Shown piece by piece: positions 7,145 through 15,056 of a stretch of DNA of 64,000 nt. The stretch is from NCBI GenBank assembly GCA_963736855.1, contig CAVTQK010000020.1, positions 1 to 64,000 on the forward strand, read 5' to 3'. Under the pieces are notes generated by a model that was given only the letters and a program-made list of their open reading frames with translations, was not told the DNA's origin and searched no databases. Both the position numbers and the translations under genes were made by a program. The first letter of the stretch is position 1. Every line of letters begins with the position of its first letter. This stretch comes from an uncultured delta proteobacterium. GTDB taxonomy: Bacteria > Desulfobacterota > Desulfobacteria > Desulfobacterales > UBA2156.

Positions 7145-10012
7145 ATGGACGGGGTCAGCTTCCTCATTGCTGCTCCGCTTGAAAACGATTGTGTCGTGAC
7201 GACATCAGACTACCTTCCGGTTCACGTTTTCTATCCGACCGAGCAGAAGGGTCCCGTGCGTCTGCTCCTTCATGCCGAGTTTCTGGTCAAGAGCGACCGA
7301 ACCGCCATCATGCCGTCTTTCAACGCATGGGTTGCTGCAGACTCGCTTACTGTATCTGCGGATTCGTGCGACCAACAGAATCGCAGAGCAGTCGTCGCGC
7401 TCTTGTGGCTTTGCAATGCCGATTTCTCGCCGCCTCGTAGAATGAACCTTATGTCGAGAAAGAAGAGAATCGAGCAAGTAAAGGCGTTGCCGATAGTTCC
7501 CGTTGGCGGCTGTCTCCTGAAAGAGTACGACCTCTCAGGCCGCATCGTAACGTGGAAGCCGGATGCTGGCGTGGGCAATTTGCCAGATCGGCTGCCGCTA
7601 ACCTTCGTGGAGGATTGGTTCCGCGACCGAATCCGAAATGAAACCGAGCAAGAGTCCCGGTCAAGAAGCTCACGCAAGGAATTGGGAATCGAGGAACCAG
7701 GAGCGGATGTTATCCAGCGCGCCGTTGGTCAAGCGATTGATCTGTACTGGAAAGACAGACAGGGCGATCCGGGACGATTTCTTCGCTTCATCATCGAGCA
7801 GGATTGGCACGAGACATCTGAAGCGTCGGAGGAACTGACGCGGTGTCCTGTTCCGCTTTCGCAACCCATGCAGGGCGAGGCATGGGCAGAGGCCGGTAAT
7901 GCCTACTTCGGCCGCGAATGGGGCAATGACTTGCTGGCTAAGCTCTACGACGGCGTCACGGCAGTCCAATGGGTCGCAAGCTATGACACTGCCACTGTGG
8001 ACTGGGCCAAGCGACGTCGTGTTCTGGAGTGGCTTGGTGTCGCCCACTGCCCCCGTATTCTCGATGAGGACCAACGCAGCTTTGTGAGGCAGTTGCCAGA
8101 GGGATGCGGCCAATGGAAGCAATACCTTGACACAGCAAGAGATCGTTTCGATCGGCATGTCGAGAGGATCGCCACGGTGTCTCAAATGGACCATCTTACA
8201 ATATATAACCTCGACGTAGCTCGTGGAGTATTGCTTATCGATTTAGTCGCTCAGCATTGGGAGTCGTACTACCGAAATCGTGGCGAGGTTACCGCTGATG
8301 GAAAGTCTATCCGAGAGCAAAACTATAGACATTGGCAAGTGAAGTCGAAATGGTGGTGGGAAATCTGCGAGAGACTGCCATTGCCAAGGATAGATGGATG
8401 CGCGGAGTATTTTCCTCTTACAGCGTTGTGGTTGCTGAAAAACGAACAGAGCGGGCCATAGGAGATCTCCTGCCCGTCGTTGACCTTGACTCCTTTGGGG
8501 ACGGCAAGGAGGCTGTCCGGGACTGGCTTATTAACGTTGTTGGCCTTTGCACGCGAATGGAGCAACTCACGGTAAAAGAGTGGGTGGCACGACTGTCCAA
8601 GCACATACCTGACAAAGCTCCCGCCGAAAGGCTTGTGTCGGAGGAACGACTTCGAGACAAGGTAACAGGATGGTATACCGCCTGTCTGGAGACTGCGGCG
8701 GGGCAGGAAAACGTTTCAGAGAGGGTCTTCGCATCTTGCCCGCTCTTATGCCGGAAGGGGGACGTCTGGCTATACGTGGCGGACGAGCCGCGGTATATGG
8801 ACGACGACAACGACCTTGCCACGGCATTCGCTGAGGATGTCTGGCTCTTCCATATCCCTGCCCGACTAGCCACTGACGCTGTGAAGTATTTCGGTGTTCA
8901 GCCTCTGTCGCAATCGGTCGAGGTCAACGTCACACCGGGGGAACCGCAGTCACCGTTGTCAGGCGAATTGAATGTGGGATTCAGCGGGTCCCTTCAGTAT
9001 GTGTGGGCTTGGAGGTCATCGCAGAGCAAGCGGGATGCCGACAGGTTATCAATTCGCCTGAAGGGGTTGGAAGTGCTCGTCGTGCCCGCTCTGAAGGCGA
9101 GTCTGTCCCTGGATGGCTTGAGTCACGAAGTCGAACGACGCTGGCACGTAAATGATCATACGATCTACTTGCACAAAGATCACGCGAACGAGGCCGAGTT
9201 GGCCCAGGCGTTGGCGAAAGCACTTGACGTCAGGTCAGAAGCGGATTTCTACGAGAACCTTCTTCGCTGCACTGACGACCGTCAGCGAAAGGAGAAGCTT
9301 CTGAGTAAAGGCATAGCGGATGCCGAGATAGACAGGTGCCTCCGCGAGTACTCAGGACCGCTCCCCGAGGAGAAGCATGTCGAAGGCCCTGGGAAGCCAA
9401 CAAAGGGCGAGCAAGGCGGTAGCACCTCTCAAACACCTCCGGGCGGCGGCAGTCAAGAACCGCAAAGCAAACAACCCCCAACCGCGCAACCGGGTAAGAC
9501 TTCGGAGGGGACGCCGCCAGGATCTCCGGAGAGCGGGAAACAACCCCTGCGCCTGAAAGATCCCAGTACAACACCCTATGTTCTTGGTAGCCCGCCCAGC
9601 GGAGGTGCCGGAACTGGTGGCGGTGGCGAGGGCGGAGGCACGGAGCGGGAAGGGCGTTCCCTGACGGATGTGGAAAAGGCGGAGTTGGAGGAGGCAGGCA
9701 GGGTCCTTGCGGCACGCGAACTGGAGACTGTGGGTTTCTCGGTCGATGAAGATGCCACAAGGCAACCCCGGTTTCGACCTTCGGGCGAAGAAGAACAGGG
9801 ATGAACTCCGCGTTGAGGTAAAGGCTCACAGCGGTCGGGCAACCGTTGTGGATGTCACGCTTCGGCAACATAAGGAGTATACGGGCCAGCAAGGATACCG
9901 CTGGGAGCTATGGAACGTCGAGCACCTGGCGGAGGACGATTCCTATTCAGTCGTCATCACGCGATACGATCAAATTCCCGATGAGATGCCTCGACGTCGG
10001 ACAATAGAATAA
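7145..10012 (+). pseudogene. Fragmented sacsin-like/NOV-type large protein with C-terminal DUF3883 nuclease-like domain
   Basis: VFYPTE...LLLHAEFLVKSDR...FNAW resembles sacsin-like proteins. Continues through frameshifts at ~8440 and ~9745 to NPGFDLRA...RVEVKAHSG (PD-(D/E)XK-like DUF3883). The N-terminal ATPase region is absent. Confidence 0.7.
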
Positions 10013-10137
10013 TTCAGACATAAAGCAGAACCAGGGGATATTTTTACAATTTAAGCGAACTATTCTTTATAAATTTGGACTCTGATATTCTGAAAAAAAA
10101 GTCTGCATATTATATGTTGCCGCCGCGTTGCACGCGG

Positions 10138-10182
10138 CGGCAACGCGGAGCTAAGCTTCCGCTTTTCAGCGCTTTGTTAAGA
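10138..10182 (+). mobile_element. Integron attC site 1 (short/degenerate)
   Basis: CGGCAAC ... gctaagc/gcttttcagc ... GTTAAGA. The R'' box is complementary to GTTGCCG at 10116. Confidence 0.55.
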
Positions 10183-10225
10183 TTCAATGTATAATATTTA
10201 GTTCGGTCGTGTATAAATTAAGGAG

Positions 10226-11033
10226 TGTCACTAGACCGATAAAGATGGCTGCGATAACAATTATGAGGGGAAACAGATCAATTTCAGTCGCTTGGCATCG
10301 TGCGACGATCGCGAGAGTCCAAACAATGGAGTTTTGGCTTTATGGGGCAGAACAGAGGTTATGCCTTGAGATTATGCAGAGGTCCCCAATCTATTCAGTA
10401 GCTGTATCAGTAATAACTCCAGGGTGCCTTTTTCTTGGCTGGAAAGTCGAAACGTTGGAATTCAGTAGGAATATGGTCCCTCCCTTTAGGGAAGCATATT
10501 ACCGCGCAGGCTTTGCTAGGTCAAGAATGTGGTCGCAATATGGGAAAAAACATCCTGGCATTTGCTTGGTCTTCGATAAAACCCGGCTGGTGGAGGAGTT
10601 TAAATCCTATTCGCAACAAACAAGAAATTCTATGGGAATCTCGAGTTTCAGTATTTGTATCTGTAGATATTGCGTAAGGCAAGGAAGATCAACAAAGGAT
10701 GTCCTTCAGACATCTTTTTAGAGGTGTAAAAGAAACGCAGAAACAGATGAAGATCTCCAGAGTATTTCTTCTGAAAGAAATGGACACGAAATTAAAGAAG
10801 TGAAAGATTAGTAAAAATTGCAACCGTAAGTTGGGATACAGATAGTTGCTGAGTCCTTACTTGTAGATTTGGGATGTTGATTTTCTTCCTGAAGAATACG
10901 CAGGTGCTACGTTCCTCATACAAATCAGCTGTGAAAGATGGTTGGTGCAATACTCCTCTCCCTGATTATTTGGGACAAATACATAGAAGAGCGTAACAGA
11001 AAAAGGATTGAAGAGTTAATAATGAAATCTTAA
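10226..11033 (+). pseudogene. DUF2971-family cassette gene, degraded
   Basis: GFARSRMWSQYGKKHPGICLVFDK matches the DUF2971 signature. AT-rich, with multiple shifts and stops. A TAA at 11031-11033 overlaps the attC R'' box. Confidence 0.65.
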
Positions 11034-11091
11034 CAATTTGCTGGAGAGGGACGCGCAAAAAGCCGCGCACCTCTGAAGCGCAGCGTTAGGG
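11028..11091 (+). mobile_element. Integron attC site 2
   Basis: TCTTAAC ... imperfect palindrome (gctggagagg/cctctgaagc, gcgc/gcgc) ... GTTAGGG; 64 bp. Confidence 0.8.
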
Positions 11092-11153
11092 TCATGAAAT
11101 CATGAATTGATGAGATGGTCGCAATTTGCGATCACATATACCCGGAAAGAACA

Positions 11154-11684
11154 ATGCAGACATTGCCATCAAAGACCATTGTGAAGGTTGGCAAGATTCA
11201 GCAACGCATTTTGCTGATCCGTGGCGTCAAGGTTATCATAGATGCTGATCTTGCTGAAGCTTACGGGGTTCCGACGCGTCGGTTGAATGAGTAGGTCAAA
11301 CGTAATCGGGAAAGATTTCCTGAAGATTTCATGTTTCAGCTCTCAGTAAAGGAAAAGGCCGAGGTGATCGCAAATTGCGACCACCTCGAGAAGCCCAAGT
11401 TCTCGAAGGCACTTCCCTTTGCTTTCACAGAACATGGTACAATCATGGCAGCCAGTGTCCTCAATTCGCCAAAAGCAATTGAGGTAAGTGTATTCGTAGT
11501 CAGGGCTTTCGTTCAGCTCCGCGAGATAATTTCCGGGAATCGAGAATTGGCCCACAAGATTGCCCAGCTTGAGCGACGATTGTCTGACCATGATGATCAG
11601 ATTTTGGTTTTGATAGAGGCTATCAAACAGCTCATGGATCCGAAACTGCCTCCTAAAACAAGGCGGATTGGGTTTACACCCTGA
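11154..11684 (+). pseudogene. ORF6N-domain DNA-binding protein cassette with an internal amber stop
   Basis: [41 protein letters not shown]...FAFTEHG...VLNS...RRIGF. TAG at 11292-11294 falls where Q is expected. Confidence 0.88.
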
Positions 11685-11743
11685 CCCCAACCTGTCGTTT
11701 CATCCGACGCAAAGAGCCGCACGGCTGATTAGCGCCGTTGGGC
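11685..11743 (+). mobile_element. Integron attC site 3
   Basis: CCCCAAC immediately after the ORF6N stop codon ... GTTGGGC; 59 bp. Confidence 0.75.
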
Positions 11744-11756
11744 GCGAGGCAACAAT

Positions 11757-11870
11757 ATGAAACTTGAATAACTTTTAGGCATTGATCTGCGTGAATATTG
11801 GAAACATGAGGCGTTCAATTTCACCCGTTGGCTTTCAGAGACTGATAACATTGAACTCCCATCAGACGAG
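11757..11870 (+). pseudogene. N-terminal fragment of a DUF4268-associated protein
   Basis: MKLE*LLGIDLREYWKHEAFNFTRWLSETDNIEL matches the LRE.W.HEA..FT.WL family N-terminus. Stop at codon 5, then truncated. Confidence 0.6.
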
Positions 11871-12000
11871 AGAAGCCGAATTCATTGTGTAAATCGTGCG
11901 TGATGTGAGATGTCCCGATCTATCCGGAACTGATGTCGCATTTAACAACGTGGCACAAAGAAGATGGAGGTGGGGACGGATTCATCATGACCAAAAATAC

Positions 12001-12027
12001 GAAACCGGCCACTTTCTGACCGGTTTC
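12001..12027 (-). terminator. Hairpin downstream of tRNA-Val
   Basis: gaaaccgg ... ccggtttc inverted repeat; an A-run at 11994-11998 reads as a T-run on the minus strand. Confidence 0.5.
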
Positions 12028-12045
12028 TAACCTATTGATTTTCTT

Positions 12046-12120
12046 TGGTAGGCGGTACTGGATTTGAACCAGTGGCTTCTACCGTGTGAGGGTAGCACTC
12101 TCCCGCTGAGTTAACCGCCC
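12046..12120 (-). tRNA. tRNA-Val (anticodon CAC)
   Basis: Reverse complement GGGCGGTTAACTCAGCGGGAGAGTGCTACCCTCACACGGTAGAAGCCACTGGTTCAAATCCAGTACCGCCTACCA folds as a cloverleaf with encoded CCA. Confidence 0.96.
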
Positions 12121-12121
12121 G

Positions 12122-12403
12122 TCAACCTTTGTAGTCCACCATCTCCTTGAGTTCTTTGCCGACCTTGAAAAAGGGAAGCCGCTTGGACGAAACCCGGATC
12201 TTTTCTCCGGACTTGGGGTTCCGTCCCACGTAAGGTTTATAATTCTTAACCGTAAAGCTGCCGAATCCCCGGATTTCGACCCGATCCCCTTCGGACAGGA
12301 TCTGAGATATGGTGTCAAAAAACGTGTTGATAATGACCTCTGCATCCTTTTTACTCAGATCCGTATGCTCCTTCAGCCGATTGATAAGATCCGACCGGTT
12401 CAT
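12122..12403 (-). CDS. ihfB: Integration host factor subunit beta
   Basis: GDRVEIRGFGSF, GRNPKSGE and PFFKVGKELKE motifs. Confidence 0.88.
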   Translation of the reverse strand: MNRSDLINRLKEHTDLSKKDAEVIINTFFDTISQILSEGDRVEIRGFGSFTVKNYKPYVGRNPKSGEKIRVSSKRLPFFKVGKELKEMVDYKG

Positions 12404-12478
12404 GTACACTCCTCAAACTGCTTGAATATAAACATTTTTAATTTGAAACGAGATAGTTATATACTAAGGGGTCCTTTT

Positions 12479-13096
12479 TCAAGTCAAGCTTTTTTTACTG
12501 TTATCGATCTCGGGTGAATTTGAACCGTCCCCTTCGGGTTCCGGAAAGGTGAGCTGCTCGGGAATCTCCTTGGGCGCCTCGAGGGCTTCCACCTCTTCGG
12601 GGGTCGGAAGTTCGGTGAGGTCCTTGAGTTCAAAAAGCTCTAAAAATTGTCGAGTTGTCCCATAGATCAAGGGTCTTCCCGGAATGGCCTTTCTCCCCAA
12701 GACCCGGATGAGTTTTTTCTCCATGAGCGTCCGCAGGATTCCCCCACAGTCGACCCCCCGGATGTGTTCGATGTCATTTCGAATAATCGGCTGTTTGTAG
12801 GCGACAATGGCCAGCGTCTCCATTGCCGCCTTGCTGAGCCGGGCCGGCGCCGGTTGAATCAGGCGCTTGATCCAGGGGCTGTATTCAGGTCGGGTGCGGA
12901 TTTGATATCCTCCCGCCACCTCCTTTAAGAAAAAGGCGCTGCCCCGCGCTTCGTATTCCCCGGCAAGGGTGTTGAGCGCCTCGCGGATAAGCCGGGTTTC
13001 CGAATTATCCAACACCTTCTTCATCCGCTCTATGGATAGGGGTTCGGATGCCACAAATAGAAGGCTTTCAAGGATATTTTTGATTTCCTGGGTCAT
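12479..13096 (-). CDS. scpB: SMC-Scp complex subunit ScpB
   Basis: VAGGYQIRT, LSKAAMETLAIVAYKQP, IRGV and GRPLIYGTT motifs. Confidence 0.95.
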   Translation of the reverse strand: MTQEIKNILESLLFVASEPLSIERMKKVLDNSETRLIREALNTLAGEYEARGSAFFLKEVAGGYQIRTRPEYSPWIKRLIQPAPARLSKAAMETLAIVAYKQPIIRNDIEHIRGVDCGGILRTLMEKKLIRVLGRKAIPGRPLIYGTTRQFLELFELKDLTELPTPEEVEALEAPKEIPEQLTFPEPEGDGSNSPEIDNSKKSLT

Positions 13097-13809
13097 TGAT
13101 AAATAATCCGGATGATGCCGGTCTCTGTCTGCTGAAAAATACGTATCAGAGCCAAACGGACCATTTCCAGGATGGCCAGAAAGGTCACGACAATCATTCC
13201 CCGATCCGTATCTCCATCAAACAGTTCATTGAAGGTGATGGACTCGCGCTCTTCCAGGATATTCACGATTTCAGAGATCCGATCCTTGACCGAAATCCGA
13301 TCTGCGGTCAGGTCCACCCGCTGTTCCGGGGATATGTTTTTCAGGATTCTCTGGAAGGCCTCTATCAATTCAAAAAGATCGACCTGGACCCATTCTTCCG
13401 GAGATTCTGAAGGCTCATCTTCTTTTCCAGGGCGACGGATGAAGGTATCTTCCCCCAAAATACTCCTGGACCCCAGCTTTTCCACCGCCTCCTTGATCCG
13501 GATGTATTCCGAAAGGGGACGGGCGATTTCCAGGCGCGGGTCCTCATCGGCATCCTCCACTTCTTCGTGCACGGGAAGCAGCATCCTGGACTTGATATGG
13601 GCCAGGGTCGCGGCCATGACGATGAAATCCCCGGCAACATCTATATTCATTTCCCGCATCATATTCAAATATTCGAGATACTGGTCGGTGATCAAGGCGA
13701 TGGGGATATCATAAATATTAACCTCGTTTTTCTTGATTAAAAACACAAGCAGATCCATGGGGCCCTCGAAGATGTCGACAAGCCTGACACGATAAACATC
13801 TTCAGACAT
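13093..13809 (-). CDS. scpA: Segregation/condensation protein A
   Basis: FEGPMDLL, IKSRMLLP and VTFLAILE motifs. Confidence 0.95.
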   Translation of the reverse strand: MSEDVYRVRLVDIFEGPMDLLVFLIKKNEVNIYDIPIALITDQYLEYLNMMREMNIDVAGDFIVMAATLAHIKSRMLLPVHEEVEDADEDPRLEIARPLSEYIRIKEAVEKLGSRSILGEDTFIRRPGKEDEPSESPEEWVQVDLFELIEAFQRILKNISPEQRVDLTADRISVKDRISEIVNILEERESITFNELFDGDTDRGMIVVTFLAILEMVRLALIRIFQQTETGIIRIIYQ

Positions 13810-13881
13810 CCTCACCATCCCCTCTGAAATCCCGTGTGCATCACCTTGAAAAAAGCGAATCCATCATTAGAACAAAGGCCG

Positions 13882-14883
13882 TCACGTTTTTCTCGATTCG
13901 ATTCGAATCAACGCCCGGACTTCTTCCATGGTTTTTACGGCAACACCCCGGGCTCGATGGCATCCGTTTTCGATTATTTCATCAACCAACTTCGGCCGCT
14001 GCTCATAGTACGCCCTTTTTTCACGTACCGGTGCCAAGGCATGGGCGAGGTTTTGGGCCATGATCTTCTTACATTCGACGCATCCGATCTCCGCCGTACG
14101 GCAGGCAGCATCGATTTCTGCAACCTTTCCGGAATCCGTATAAATCCTGTGAAAGGTAAAGACATTGCAAACGTCCGGATTTCCGGGATCCGATTTTCTA
14201 GCACGCTGGGGGTCGGTGATCATTTGGGAAACCGTAACGGCAATTGCCTTCGGAGAGTCTGACAGGTATATGGCGTTGTTATAGCTTTTACTCATTTTCC
14301 GGCGGTCGGTCCCGAGGATCTTGGAGGTTTCCGTGAGAATGGCCTGGGGTTCCGGGAATATCTCACCGTAAAGGAAATTAAACCGACGGGCGATTTCCCG
14401 GGTAATCTCTACATGGGGGACCTGATCCATCCCCACCGGGACCCCGAACGCCTTGTACATGATGATGTCCGCGGCCTGGAGCACCGGATACCCCAGAAAT
14501 CCGAAGGTGGACAGGTCCTTGTTTTGAATCTGAACCATCTGATCTTTGTAGGTTGGGTTTCGTTCCAGCCAGGGGACCGGCGTGATCATGGACAAAATCA
14601 AAAACAGCTCGGCATGTTCCTTGATCCGGGATTGGATAAAGAGGGTGCTCTTTTCAGGGGAAAGTCCCACGCTGAGCCAGTCGAGCATCATGCCCCGGAC
14701 ATGGGCTTCGATCATTCTGGGGTCCTCGTAATCACTGGTCAGGGCATGCCAGTCGGCGATAAAATAAAAACAGTCATATCCTTCTTGTATCCGAATCCAG
14801 TTGTCAAGGGCGCCGTGGTAGTTGCCCAGATGCAGAGGCCCGGTGGGCCGCATTCCGCTGACGATCCGTTTTTTTTGAGTCAT
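13882..14883 (-). CDS. trpS: Tryptophan--tRNA ligase
   Basis: SGMRPTGPLHLGN, YPVLQAADI and KMSKS motifs. Confidence 0.97.
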   Translation of the reverse strand: MTQKKRIVSGMRPTGPLHLGNYHGALDNWIRIQEGYDCFYFIADWHALTSDYEDPRMIEAHVRGMMLDWLSVGLSPEKSTLFIQSRIKEHAELFLILSMITPVPWLERNPTYKDQMVQIQNKDLSTFGFLGYPVLQAADIIMYKAFGVPVGMDQVPHVEITREIARRFNFLYGEIFPEPQAILTETSKILGTDRRKMSKSYNNAIYLSDSPKAIAVTVSQMITDPQRARKSDPGNPDVCNVFTFHRIYTDSGKVAEIDAACRTAEIGCVECKKIMAQNLAHALAPVREKRAYYEQRPKLVDEIIENGCHRARGVAVKTMEEVRALIRIESRKT

Positions 14884-15056
14884 TGAAATTCTCCCGAAAA
14901 ACCATCCGCCGGTAACCGCCGGCGGGCCTTTTGAATTTTAAATTTTTTAGAATAAGGCTGCAGGCAGGCAATTGGCAAGAAAATTTTTATGACTCTATGT
15001 TTTCATTATTTTCCCGCATGGGGTATTTTGATAAGGTGGTGCTTTCTCCTGCATCC

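Noticed and set aside
11292..11294. Amber readthrough (pyrrolysine/recoding) in ORF6N
   Set aside because: A single C-to-T change from CAG explains it, neighbouring cassettes are also decayed, and TAG is used as a normal stop elsewhere in the window.
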